Of a stretch of DNA of 64,000 bases, positions 38,019 to 47,553 are shown piece by piece (positions within the stretch are counted from its first letter, which is position 1; each line of letters begins with the position of its first letter). The notes under the pieces were generated by a model. It made no database searches. It was not told where the DNA came from and saw nothing but the letters and a program-made list of their open reading frames with translations. The position numbers were made by a program, and so were the translations under genes. Source of the stretch: Abditibacterium sp. GTDB lineage: Bacteria; Armatimonadota; Abditibacteriia; Abditibacteriales; Abditibacteriaceae. The stretch spans positions 3,328,001 to 3,392,000 of the forward strand of contig OZ251992.1 in NCBI GenBank assembly GCA_965246885.1, given 5' to 3'.

Positions 38019-38438
38019 ATGGGAGTTCAATGTTTTCCGGTCTTCGACCAAAAAGTTCGCAATGTGCTTGAGTCAGATGGAAAAATTTTGGCCCGCGCGC
38101 TCCCCGACGCCCCCGATGATGAAAACTCCATCTTGTGGCCGCTTACCCGCTTTGTTTCGACCTCGCCCGATGAACTTGCTTCCTTGGCAGAAGAGTTGGA
38201 AGAAGCCGGGGTTAATGTTTCGGAGTTCAAGGAAGAATGGTTCGCTCCCGCAGATGCGGTCACAGCGCTCGACGCCATTTTGCAGGAGGTGAGCGCTGAC
38301 CCAACTCTGCTTTCTTTTCCACCCAAAGCCCGCATCAGAGACGTGAGCGATGTGGTCGAAGAACTCGAAGAACTCCGCGCGCAACTCAAAATTGCTGCCG
38401 CTCAAGGCGCCCGTTTCCATTTGCAATTCTGCTTTTAA
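38019..38438 (+). CDS. Hypothetical acidic protein, lower GC than its neighbours
   Basis: 139-aa ORF exactly filling the gap between two co-directional genes. Confidence 0.6.
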   Translation: MGVQCFPVFDQKVRNVLESDGKILARALPDAPDDENSILWPLTRFVSTSPDELASLAEELEEAGVNVSEFKEEWFAPADAVTALDAILQEVSADPTLLSFPPKARIRDVSDVVEELEELRAQLKIAAAQGARFHLQFCF

Positions 38439-38444
38439 ACCACC

Positions 38445-39479
38445 ATGCAACCCCGTCCGCTTCGCACGACCGTTATCGGGTCGTATCCTTTCCCCGGCTG
38501 GCTCGAATTGGCAACGCAGAACCTCGCCCTCTTCGGCACCGACGACCTCGCCGAACTGCAAAACGACGCCGTCGTCTGCGCCCTGCACGACCAAGTCAGC
38601 GCGGGGTTGGACGTTGTCACCGACGGCGAGCAGACGCGGCTCGATTTCAACCTGTCGTTCTACGGCTTCTTGGAGGGCATCTCGCTCGAATCGAACAGTC
38701 CGCGCCACTTCGGGCCGCCCGCCCACGACCAGCGCGGCAAGCACACCGTCACGGGCGAGATATCCGCTCCGCGCGGTCTGGGCACCGTCGAAGAGTTCAC
38801 CCGCTTGCAGCGACTCGCGCCCGCAGGCCCGACGCTTAAAGCGAGCGTCCCCGGCCCCTACACCATGAGCGGGCGCCTGCTCCCCAACGAGCGTTATAAG
38901 GACAGATGGGAACTGACCGAGGCGCTCGTCCCGCTCGTGCGCGCCGAGTTGGAAGCGCTCGTCGAGGCCGGATGCAGGGAAATCACCGTGGACGAGCCGT
39001 CCATGAGTTGCTACGCCTACAAGGAAGACACGCGCCGCTTCGTGGACATCTTCAACCGCACCGTCGCGCCCATTGTTGGCAAGACCCGCCTCAGCACCCA
39101 CTTTTGCTTCGGCAACTTCAAAGCGCGCGCCGTCGGGCCGCGCCATATCGCGCCGATGCTCCCCGACTTTCTCGACTTCGAGGTAGACGAAATCCACGTC
39201 GAAATGGCTTCGCGCGAGTTCGCCGAAATCGAGCGCATCGCCGAAATCGCCGAGCGGTGCGATGTCGCCGTTGGCATCATAGACGTCAAATCGTATTACA
39301 TCGAAACCCCCGCCGATGTCGCCGAGCGCGTGCGGCTGTGCCTCAAACACGCCCCCGCCGCCAAGCTCGCTTTTGCGCCCGACTGCGGCCTCAGTCAAAC
39401 CGCGCGCTGGGCCGCCAAGCGCAAACTGGAGAACACGTGCGCGGGCGTGAAACTTGTGCGCGCCGAACTGGGGGTTTAA
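38445..39479 (+). CDS. Cobalamin-independent methionine synthase II family (single-barrel MetE-like Zn enzyme)
   Basis: TTVIGSYP, TDGEQTR, DEP, Zn ligands H-x-C (THFCFGN), E (VEMA) and PDCG. Confidence 0.88.
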   Translation: MQPRPLRTTVIGSYPFPGWLELATQNLALFGTDDLAELQNDAVVCALHDQVSAGLDVVTDGEQTRLDFNLSFYGFLEGISLESNSPRHFGPPAHDQRGKHTVTGEISAPRGLGTVEEFTRLQRLAPAGPTLKASVPGPYTMSGRLLPNERYKDRWELTEALVPLVRAELEALVEAGCREITVDEPSMSCYAYKEDTRRFVDIFNRTVAPIVGKTRLSTHFCFGNFKARAVGPRHIAPMLPDFLDFEVDEIHVEMASREFAEIERIAEIAERCDVAVGIIDVKSYYIETPADVAERVRLCLKHAPAAKLAFAPDCGLSQTARWAAKRKLENTCAGVKLVRAELGV

Positions 39480-39488
39480 CCGAGCATC

Positions 39489-40328
39489 ATGATTGCAGCC
39501 TTTCAAAAAGACGACGCGCTTCTGGCCGACATCCGCGCCCACTCGGGCGAGGCCGGTTTCCGCTTGTGGTGGTTGGGGCAAAGCGGCTTCTTGCTCCAAT
39601 ACGCGGGCAAACATCTGGTGTTCGACCCGTATCTGTCGGACTCCCTCACCCACAAATACGACAACACCGACAAGCCGCACTTTCGCATGACCGAGCGCGT
39701 GCTTGACCCCAGCCGCTTGTTCGCCGATGTCGTGACCAGCACCCATAACCACACCGATCACCTCGACGCCCTCACCCTCAAGCCGATATTTGAAAATAGC
39801 CCCTACGCCCGACTCGTTATCCCCGAAGCCAACCGCGAGTTCGTGGCGAAGCGCCTCGTTTGGAACCCCACGCTCGCCGTCGGTCTGAGCGCGGGCGAAT
39901 CGAAGACTCTTGGCCCCTTCACTTTCCACGCCATCCCTTCCGCCCACAACGAACTCGAAACCGACGCGCAGGGGCGGCACGTCTTTCTGGGCTTCGTCGT
40001 CTGCTTTGGCGGCTTTAGCGTCTACCATTCCGGCGACACGCTGCTTTATCCGGGGCTGACTAACAAACTCAAACCGTTCAAAGTGGACGTCGCCCTCTTG
40101 CCCATCAACGGCGACCTGCCGGAGCGCCGCGTCGCAGGCAACATGAACGGGAACGAGGCGGCGAGATGTGCCAAAGAGATCGGCGCCCGCTACGTGATAC
40201 CGCACCATTTCGAGATGTTCGAGTTCAACACCGCCTCGCCCGACGAATTTAGCTTTGAATGTGAGAGACTGGGACAACCTCACCGCGTGCTACGCGCCGG
40301 TGAGCGGTTCGATTATCCCGTGCCATGA
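39489..40328 (+). CDS. MBL-fold metallohydrolase (UlaG-like lactonase)
   Basis: WLGQSGF, DPYLS, THNHTDHLD, HSGDT and IPHHFEMF. Confidence 0.88.
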   Translation: MIAAFQKDDALLADIRAHSGEAGFRLWWLGQSGFLLQYAGKHLVFDPYLSDSLTHKYDNTDKPHFRMTERVLDPSRLFADVVTSTHNHTDHLDALTLKPIFENSPYARLVIPEANREFVAKRLVWNPTLAVGLSAGESKTLGPFTFHAIPSAHNELETDAQGRHVFLGFVVCFGGFSVYHSGDTLLYPGLTNKLKPFKVDVALLPINGDLPERRVAGNMNGNEAARCAKEIGARYVIPHHFEMFEFNTASPDEFSFECERLGQPHRVLRAGERFDYPVP

Positions 40329-41263
40329 GCTTTATCCGCACTGTGCTGGGCGACATCTCGCCCGATGAGTTGGGCGTGTGTTACTCCCACGAACACCTCA
40401 TCATTGACCCGTCGTACGCGACCGAGCGGAACCCCGACTTCCTGCTCGACTCGGTCGAACGCGCGGTCGAGGAGCTTTGCGAACTCAAAACAATGGGCGT
40501 GGGAGCCTGCGTGGACTCAATGCCAATGGAGTGCGGGCGCAACCTCGAAAAGCTGGCGGAAATCTCCCGTCGCACCGGCGTCCACATCCTCGCGCCGACC
40601 GGTTTGCACCTCGAAAAATACTACTCCCCCGACCAAAACGCGGACTGGGCCGGACTGGACGCCAACGAACTGACCTATCTGTTCTGCTCCGACATCTATC
40701 CCGATCCCAAAGTCATCTGGCACACCTTTCCCGTGTGGTGCGGCCTGATTAAAATTGCCGCGTTGGAGCAGTGGGACGAGCGCACCAAGACCCTTTTCAA
40801 AGCGGGCGCGCGCACCCAAGCCGCCACCGGAGCGCCCATCCTCACGCACACCGAAAACGGCGAACTGGCGCTCGAACAAGCCCTCTTTTTGCGCGACAAA
40901 GGCGCTAACCTGCGCCACGTCGTGCTGTCGCACCTCGACCGCAAACCCGACGTCGAGATGCACCGCGCCGTCTTGCGCACCGGCGTCACCATCGAATACG
41001 ATTCCCACTTCCGTTGGAAGGGCATCGAACCAAACCCCACGCTCGCCCTGCTCCGCGAACTGCTACCCGAATTTCCCGACCAAATCGTGTTGGGCATGGA
41101 CGCCGCGCGGCGCAGTTATTGGAAATCCTACGGCGGCGCGCCGGGGTTAAGCTATCTCTTTGGCGATTTCCGCGTTCAAATGCTTGAAGCGGGCATCGCC
41201 GAAGAGTTGGTGGAGCGCGTTTTCGTTTCGACCCCAGCGCGCGTGTATTCTTTTAAGAACTAA
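40325..41263 (+). CDS. Phosphotriesterase-family amidohydrolase/lactonase
   Basis: IRTVLGDI, SHEHL, IKIA, THTE, SHLD and GMD. Confidence 0.88.
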   Translation: MSFIRTVLGDISPDELGVCYSHEHLIIDPSYATERNPDFLLDSVERAVEELCELKTMGVGACVDSMPMECGRNLEKLAEISRRTGVHILAPTGLHLEKYYSPDQNADWAGLDANELTYLFCSDIYPDPKVIWHTFPVWCGLIKIAALEQWDERTKTLFKAGARTQAATGAPILTHTENGELALEQALFLRDKGANLRHVVLSHLDRKPDVEMHRAVLRTGVTIEYDSHFRWKGIEPNPTLALLRELLPEFPDQIVLGMDAARRSYWKSYGGAPGLSYLFGDFRVQMLEAGIAEELVERVFVSTPARVYSFKN

Positions 41264-41269
41264 ACCATT

Positions 41270-42346
41270 ATGAAAATCGCAGGACTTTCTTTCGACCATA
41301 TGCACATGGGCGACTTGCTGCGCCAAGCGCACAACCACCCCGACGCGCAAATCGTGGGCGTTGCGGATAATAACCCGCAGAACGCGGCCAATGTCCAAAC
41401 GGTCGTGCGCAACTTCTCCATTGCGCCCGACAAAGTATTCGACAACTACGCGCGGTGTTTGGAAACCACCAAACCCGATATCGCCATTTTGTGCCCTGCT
41501 ATTGCCGACCATGCCTCTCTGACGGAGTTAGCTGCCAGTTATGGCACGCACATATTAGTGGAGAAGCCGTTCGCTTTCTCCCTCGCCGACGCCGACCGGA
41601 TGATAGCGGCGTGCGAGAAGAACCATGTCAAGCTCGTCATCAATTGGCCATTGGCGTGGTATCCCGTTTATAACACCGTCGCGCGGCTCATCAAAGAAGG
41701 CACCATTGGGAATGTCTTGGAGGTGCATCACTATGGTGGCAATAGCGGGCCGATGAAGCACTTAGCGGACAAAGTGGAGGTCGGCGAAGAGGAAGCGAAC
41801 AGACGCAAAAACGAGTCATGGTTTTATAAAAAGGCTTCCGGAGGCGGCTCCTTAATAGACTACATGGGCTACGGCACCACGCTTGGCACATGGTTTCACG
41901 GCGGCGCCGCGCCCCTCGAAGTGACGACGATGTGGGATATTCCCCCCGGCTTGGAAGTGGACGAACACTCCGTCACCGCCGCCAAATACGCGACGGGCAT
42001 TTCCAAGTTCGAGACGCGCTGGGGCACCTTCACCAACCCTTGGCAGTTGCAACCGCAACCCAAGTGCGGCTTCAACATCGTCGGCGAAGCGGGCACGGTC
42101 GCCGCTTACGATTACGATGACTTCGTGCGCGTCCAAACGAGGGAACATCCCGAAGGCTTCGAGGTGCCCGCCGACAAATTGGTGGCGCCCAACTCGAACC
42201 CCATCGAACATTTCATCGCGCATATCCGGGGCGAAGTCGAGCTTCACCCCTGCCTCTCGCCGCAAACCTGCCGCATCGGGCAACAGATCGTGGACACCGC
42301 CATCGCATCGGCAACGCAAGGCAAGACGCTCGCCCTGCTGCCATAG
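41270..42346 (+). CDS. Gfo/Idh/MocA-family oxidoreductase
   Basis: VEKPFA, VINWP and GGGSLIDYMGYG. Confidence 0.88.
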   Translation: MKIAGLSFDHMHMGDLLRQAHNHPDAQIVGVADNNPQNAANVQTVVRNFSIAPDKVFDNYARCLETTKPDIAILCPAIADHASLTELAASYGTHILVEKPFAFSLADADRMIAACEKNHVKLVINWPLAWYPVYNTVARLIKEGTIGNVLEVHHYGGNSGPMKHLADKVEVGEEEANRRKNESWFYKKASGGGSLIDYMGYGTTLGTWFHGGAAPLEVTTMWDIPPGLEVDEHSVTAAKYATGISKFETRWGTFTNPWQLQPQPKCGFNIVGEAGTVAAYDYDDFVRVQTREHPEGFEVPADKLVAPNSNPIEHFIAHIRGEVELHPCLSPQTCRIGQQIVDTAIASATQGKTLALLP

Positions 42347-42348
42347 TT

Positions 42349-42502
42349 GGAGGGCGGCGGGGCAACCACAGACGTCTGTCACTCTTTCCCAGACGACGGT
42401 GGGGCGGTGACGCACGTCCGCCATTGCGTCACAGACGTCTGGGAAAGAGTGACAGACGTCTGTGGTTGCCCCGCCGCCCTCCCGCAATGAGTCGCCGACG
42501 TC
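42349..42502. repeat. Perfect 47-bp inverted repeat built from 21-bp-period units (family B)
   Basis: Arms at 42349-42395 and 42436-42482. CAGACGTC-like cores recur every 21 bp (42369, 42390, 42411, 42432, 42453, 42474, 42495). Confidence 0.9.
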
Positions 42503-42532
42503 CGCGACCGCTTCGTTTCCTCCCCTCTTCCA

Positions 42533-43675
42533 ATGGCTGACACCACTCCTTCTCAAGACGACTACGCGCTTAAGTCCAATGCGGGCGAGGAAATCGCCGC
42601 TCCGCAGCTTGCGTATCACCCGCGCCGCCCGCGCTCTTACCGGCCCCGCATCGCCCTCGTCGGGACGGGCGGCATCGCGCCGTTTCACCTGCGCGCTTAC
42701 AAAAACATGGGCTTCGAGGTCGTCGCGCTGTGCAACCGCACACTTGAAAAAGCCGAAAAGTTGCGCGACGAGTTCTTCCCTGACGCCCGCGTCGTCTCCG
42801 ATGCGCGCGCCGTGTGGAACGACGACTCCATCGAAGTCGTGGACATCCTCACGCACCCCGATGAGCGCGTCGCTCTCATCGCGGATGCCCTCAGTAGCGG
42901 CAAGCACGTCCTCAGCCAAAAGCCGTTCGTGACGGATTTGGCAACTGGCGAGGAGTTATGCGACTTGGCCGACCGCGTCGGGCGGCGCTTGGCGGTCAAC
43001 CAAAACGGTCGCTACGCGGCGCATTACTCGTGGATGCGCGCGGCGCTCCGGGAGGGACTAATCGGCGACTTGGCTTCGAGCCATTTCCACGTTCATTGGA
43101 ATCACGGCTGGATCGCGGGCACGCCGTTCGAGCAAATTCCGGCCATTATCCTCTGGGACTTCGCCATTCACTGGTTCGACCTGACCGCGCACCTGTGGGA
43201 TCAAACACCCACCCGCGTTTTTGCCACTTCGGCCCGCGCGCCAGAGCAAACCATCCGCCCCGCGATGCTGGCCCAAGCCCTTGTGGAGTTCCCGCGCGGC
43301 CAAGCGAGTTTGGTCTTCGACGCCCTGCTCCCCTTTGGCGCGCGCGACGAAAGCTATGTCGGCGGCACGCACGGCTCGCTCGTTTCCAGTGGGCCAGATT
43401 TGAACTCCCAAGCCGTCACCCTCTTCACCGAAGCGGGATGGGCGCGGCCTCAGTTGGAAGGCGACTGGTTCGGGAGCGGTTTCGAGGGCGCGATGGGGGA
43501 ACTGCTTTGCGCCATCGCGGAAAACCGCGCGCCCGAAAACAGCGCGCGCAGCAACCTCGGCTCGCTTGCGCTGTCGTTCGCGGCGGTCGCGTCGAGTTTG
43601 GAGGGCACCCCCAAAGTTCCCGGCGAAGTGCGCGCCTTGCCAGAAGGCGCGCTGCACTTTCGCTCTGGGGTCTAA
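42533..43675 (+). CDS. Gfo/Idh/MocA-family oxidoreductase
   Basis: LVGTGGIA, SQKP, NQNGRY and DFAIHWFD. Confidence 0.88.
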   Translation: MADTTPSQDDYALKSNAGEEIAAPQLAYHPRRPRSYRPRIALVGTGGIAPFHLRAYKNMGFEVVALCNRTLEKAEKLRDEFFPDARVVSDARAVWNDDSIEVVDILTHPDERVALIADALSSGKHVLSQKPFVTDLATGEELCDLADRVGRRLAVNQNGRYAAHYSWMRAALREGLIGDLASSHFHVHWNHGWIAGTPFEQIPAIILWDFAIHWFDLTAHLWDQTPTRVFATSARAPEQTIRPAMLAQALVEFPRGQASLVFDALLPFGARDESYVGGTHGSLVSSGPDLNSQAVTLFTEAGWARPQLEGDWFGSGFEGAMGELLCAIAENRAPENSARSNLGSLALSFAAVASSLEGTPKVPGEVRALPEGALHFRSGV

Positions 43676-43684
43676 GGCGGGGCG

Positions 43685-44764
43685 TTAAATCCCCAAGAAC
43701 GCGCGGTAAATATTCTCGAACAAGCGCACGTCCACGAGGGTATCCGACGCGGACGAGGCGAAGGGGGTGCCCTCAGCAATTCCCTTCAAGAACTGGCGCG
43801 CTTCTTCGCGGTAGGCCCACGAGGGCGCGGGATATTCGCGGGTGTGTTGCGGAAGCGCGTCGCCGTGGGCGGATTGGTAGATTTCGACGGTGGCGGGGGT
43901 GTTCTTTTGCATGAGCGGGGGAGCGTCGGTCTTGAGGTAGCCGCCCTCGAAGAAGATTTGGGTGTGTTCCTCCCACGCGTGGAAGCGGGTGTAGGCACTT
44001 TCGACGACGGCGCGGGTGCCGCCAATGTCGAGGACAACAATGCCCGTCATGCCGTCGGCGTCGAGGTTGACGTCCACCACGCGCGCTTTGCCTGCCGTGT
44101 CACCGAGGAAAAAGCGGAGCAGGTTGACGTTATGCGTCCACTGCTGGAGGTAGCCGAGGTAGGATTCCTTGCGCTCGGCGGGGAGCCAGTCGGGGCACTC
44201 GTCGGGCGCGGGGGGTGGCGGGGCACCGGCTGGCCCCTCGAAGGAAACGACGTTGGGGTCTTTGGCGTATATCCAGTCGCCGCCGAAACCATGCTGGCGC
44301 GCGAGGACGACGCGGCCCCGGTCGCCCGATGCGCGCCACTCGTCGCACAGCGCTTTGATGCGCAGGTTGCCCGCGTCGTAGCGCTTCATGTAGCCGACCA
44401 TGAGCCGCTTGCCGCTCGCTCGCTCGGCGTCCACGATGCTTTGGGCGCGCTTGACGGACACCGCCATCGGCTTTTCCATGAAGACGTGCTTGCCCGCGCG
44501 GAGCAAGTCTTCGGCGATGGCGCCTTGCAGGGCGTAGGGGCCGGACACGCCAACGGCTTCGATGTCGGGGTCGGCGGCGATTTCCTCGTGCGAAGCGTAG
44601 ACGCGCGGGATGCCGTAGTAGTCGGCGACCTGCTGGCCGAGGCCGGGGCGCACTTCGGCGAGGGCGCGGAAGTCACATTCGGGCAACGACTTGAAGTTCG
44701 GGATGTGAATCTGCTGGGCGACGAAGCCGCAGCCGACGTAAGCGAAGCGAACGGGTTGGGACAT
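43685..44764 (-). CDS. Gfo/Idh/MocA-family oxidoreductase
   Basis: VGCGFVA, FMEKPMA and GYMKRYD. Start ATG 44764. Confidence 0.88.
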   Translation of the reverse strand: MSQPVRFAYVGCGFVAQQIHIPNFKSLPECDFRALAEVRPGLGQQVADYYGIPRVYASHEEIAADPDIEAVGVSGPYALQGAIAEDLLRAGKHVFMEKPMAVSVKRAQSIVDAERASGKRLMVGYMKRYDAGNLRIKALCDEWRASGDRGRVVLARQHGFGGDWIYAKDPNVVSFEGPAGAPPPPAPDECPDWLPAERKESYLGYLQQWTHNVNLLRFFLGDTAGKARVVDVNLDADGMTGIVVLDIGGTRAVVESAYTRFHAWEEHTQIFFEGGYLKTDAPPLMQKNTPATVEIYQSAHGDALPQHTREYPAPSWAYREEARQFLKGIAEGTPFASSASDTLVDVRLFENIYRAFLGI

Positions 44765-44888
44765 GATGGTAGGGCGCGGCGACGAGGCAATGGGAGGTCT
44801 CATTTTATACTAACGGCGCGTCTTTGGACGCGCCGTTGGGAAGCGGGCGCCCATGTAAAATAAGGGCGCGCCTTTTCCAGCCTTCCCG

Positions 44889-46547
44889 ATGCCCGTCGCT
44901 CCCTCGAACCCCGCCGTTTCGTCTTCCCCGACCGCTTCCACGCGCGCAACAGCCCCCCTGCGCGCGGCGGCGGTGCTATCACTACTCTATTTTCTGGCGC
45001 GCTTTCTGGGCTTGTTTCAGGGCGCGCTCATCACGGCGCTCCTTGGCCCCAAAGAAGCGGACGCTTACGGTTACGCTTTTGCCCTGCCCGACTTTTTGAA
45101 CTACCTCGTCGCGGGCGGGGCGCTGTCGCTGACGTTCATCCCACTGTTTACCGGGCTGTGGCAAAAGGGCAAGGAAGCGCAGGCGTGGCGCTTTTACTCG
45201 TCGCTGGCGTCCCTCATGGGAGTGGTGTTGGTGGCTCTAACACTTCTGCTGATGCTGTTTGCACCGCAGATAATCGCGCTCACCAAGCCGGGGTTAGCGC
45301 TTCCCGGCAAGCGCGCCACGTTCGAGATGACGGTGCAAATGACGCGGGTGATGCTTCCGGCGCAATTGTTCTTTTATCTGGGCGGCCTGTTGTCGGCGGT
45401 GCTGAACTCGTTCAAGCGCTTTGGCGCGTCGGGGTGGACGGGCGCGGTTTACAACGCCGTCGCCATGCTGGTCGCGGTTCCGATGTGGGCGGCGTCGCAC
45501 AACCCCATCGCGTTCGCGGTGGGGATTACGGTCGGTGCCCTCGCGGGCAATTTCGTGTTGCCGCTTTTGGCGCTACGCGATGCGCCGCGCGCTCAAAGGC
45601 CGCGCTTCTCGTTTCAGTTGGATGCTTCCAACCCGTCGGTGCGTCGCTTTTTCCGGCTCGCGCTCCCGATAATGCTGGGCGTGTCGTTTCCGGTGGTGGA
45701 CGTGTGGGTGGTGCAGTTCTGGACGTCGGACATGGCGGCGGGCGCGTTTTCGCATATCAACAACGCCAATCGGCTGATGATCGCCGCGCAGGGGTTATTG
45801 GGCCAAGCGGCGGCGGTGGCGGCGTTTCCGTTTCTGGCGAGCAAGGTCGCCGAGGGCGATTTTCGGGCGTTCTCGGAGTTCTTGCGGTCGGGCTTGCGGC
45901 GCTTGCTGTTCATCACGATGCCGATTTCCGTCTTGCTGATTCTGTGCGCGCACCCCCTTGTGGCGCTCTTGTTTGGCTGGGGGAACTTCAACCGCGCTTA
46001 TAAGATAGACGAGACGGCGCAGTGTTTCGCGCTGTTTTGCGTGGGGTTGTTCGCGTGGGGCGGGCAGTCGCTCGTGGCGCGCGGCTTTTACGCGCTGGGG
46101 GATACGAGGACACCGACGATTTACGGGTCGGTGTTGACCGTCCTTTATATCGCGCTGTGCGGGATGCTCAAGTATTGGGGGTTCGGGGTGGCGGGCCTTG
46201 CGCTGGCGACTTCCATTGGCGCGGCGGGGCAGTTCGTGGGGCTGTTGGTGCTGCTGGATGTCCGCCTCAGGGGGCCGCGTTTTGACGCGGCCCTGAGTTT
46301 AGACCGCATCGTGGGGACGCTGGTGCGCACGTTTGTGGCGTGTTTTCTGATGGGGGTGGCGGGGCTGCTCGCGCTTTTGCTGGCGCGCCCATTGGCGGGC
46401 GAGGGCAAGGCGGCGCAAGGGTTGCTTCTCGTGTGGACGGGGGGTATCGCGGCGTTTGTGTTTGTGTCGGCGGCGAACCGCTTTGAGATTCCCGAATGGC
46501 TGTGGCTGCGCGACAAATTGACGCGGCGGCGCGGCGCGCGGGCGTAG
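44889..46547 (+). CDS. murJ: MurJ/MviN-family lipid II flippase
   Basis: ARFLG, ADAY..AF.LPD, FIPLF, FFRLALP and RGFYALGDTRTP. About 14 TM segments. Confidence 0.88.
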   Translation: MPVAPSNPAVSSSPTASTRATAPLRAAAVLSLLYFLARFLGLFQGALITALLGPKEADAYGYAFALPDFLNYLVAGGALSLTFIPLFTGLWQKGKEAQAWRFYSSLASLMGVVLVALTLLLMLFAPQIIALTKPGLALPGKRATFEMTVQMTRVMLPAQLFFYLGGLLSAVLNSFKRFGASGWTGAVYNAVAMLVAVPMWAASHNPIAFAVGITVGALAGNFVLPLLALRDAPRAQRPRFSFQLDASNPSVRRFFRLALPIMLGVSFPVVDVWVVQFWTSDMAAGAFSHINNANRLMIAAQGLLGQAAAVAAFPFLASKVAEGDFRAFSEFLRSGLRRLLFITMPISVLLILCAHPLVALLFGWGNFNRAYKIDETAQCFALFCVGLFAWGGQSLVARGFYALGDTRTPTIYGSVLTVLYIALCGMLKYWGFGVAGLALATSIGAAGQFVGLLVLLDVRLRGPRFDAALSLDRIVGTLVRTFVACFLMGVAGLLALLLARPLAGEGKAAQGLLLVWTGGIAAFVFVSAANRFEIPEWLWLRDKLTRRRGARA

Positions 46548-46600
46548 ATGGGCGCCGAAATTGCGGGAGTGGAAGATATTCCACAGGAGGAATCACTACC

Positions 46601-46819
46601 ATGAGCGATACAAACGACAAACTGCGCGGAGGCGCCAACGAAGCCGTTGGCAACGTCAAACAAGCCGTCGGCAACGCGACCGGCGACACCAACCTGCAAG
46701 CCGAAGGGCAGTCCCAAGAAGTCAAAGGCGAAGCCCAAAGCGCTCTGGGCCACGCCAAAGAAGCCATCGGCAACGCCGCCGAAGCGCTCGGCAACGCGGT
46801 CAAAGGTTCGGGCCACTAA
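46601..46819 (+). CDS. CsbD-family general stress protein
   Basis: DKLRGGANEAVGNVKQAVGNATGDTNLQAEG. AGGAGG RBS upstream. Confidence 0.92.
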   Translation: MSDTNDKLRGGANEAVGNVKQAVGNATGDTNLQAEGQSQEVKGEAQSALGHAKEAIGNAAEALGNAVKGSGH

Positions 46820-46838
46820 GCCGAAGCCGCGTGAGGAA

Positions 46839-46872
46839 GCGCCGCTTGGGTTGCTCAAGCGGCGCCTTTTTG
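46839..46872 (+). terminator. Intrinsic terminator after the CsbD gene
   Basis: GCGCCGCTTGGG-TTG-CTCAAGCGGCGC followed by CTTTTTGT. Confidence 0.7.
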
Positions 46873-47487
46873 TGTCTCAAACGCCCGCAGTGAGCGCACA
46901 AGCTGAATCACATCCGACAGAAGTTGCGCGTGCTGGCCTGTGGGGTTGGCGAAGAAGACGTGCTCTAACTTCTGTTCCACGCGCGGCGACACGAGCCACA
47001 CTCGCAAGGGCGAAGGCCGCGCCCACGAGCTTTTCCACACCCACTGCGCCACTTCGATTGGCCGCGCCCGCACCCACACGTCCAGATAACGGGCCGCGTC
47101 ATCTTCTATCTCGGCGATGAACTCCGCGAACTCCTCCATCATCCCTTCGCGCAGATACTGGTCGCGCCACTCCTCAAAGACACGGCGCAGAACCTCAACT
47201 TGCTTATTGGGCCACGCGCGCCACTTCTCTCCCTTTAGTCGGTAGCGGAGCAACCATGTGTCCACATCCCAAACCGGTGCGCGCTCGTGGGAAAGCAACT
47301 CTAACCAACGCGGCAACACGAACTTGAAGACCGCCGTTTCGTAGAGGAGCGCGCGGTCTTCCAAGTTTTCCAGTTGTTCCCAAGAGAGCGTTTCAAGTGT
47401 AGGGTCGCTTTCAATCCACGCCACGATGAGGTCGTCGGTGCGGGATGAAAAGGCGGCGTAGAGCGCGGCGCGCAGTTCCGGTGTCAT
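46855..47487 (-). CDS. Hypothetical Trp-rich protein
   Basis: 210-aa ORF with natural protein-like composition and no recognisable motif. Confidence 0.6.
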   Translation of the reverse strand: MTPELRAALYAAFSSRTDDLIVAWIESDPTLETLSWEQLENLEDRALLYETAVFKFVLPRWLELLSHERAPVWDVDTWLLRYRLKGEKWRAWPNKQVEVLRRVFEEWRDQYLREGMMEEFAEFIAEIEDDAARYLDVWVRARPIEVAQWVWKSSWARPSPLRVWLVSPRVEQKLEHVFFANPTGQHAQLLSDVIQLVRSLRAFETQKGAA

Positions 47488-47553
47488 GGAAAGCAGTGTT
47501 TCTCATTTGCACGGCGCGCGATTGGCGCGGTTGCTTCCAACTCTTCATCCCTT

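Noticed and set aside
38445..39479. Gene symbol metE
   Set aside because: Only the C-terminal barrel is present (344 aa) and the context is catabolic, so methionine synthesis cannot be assumed.
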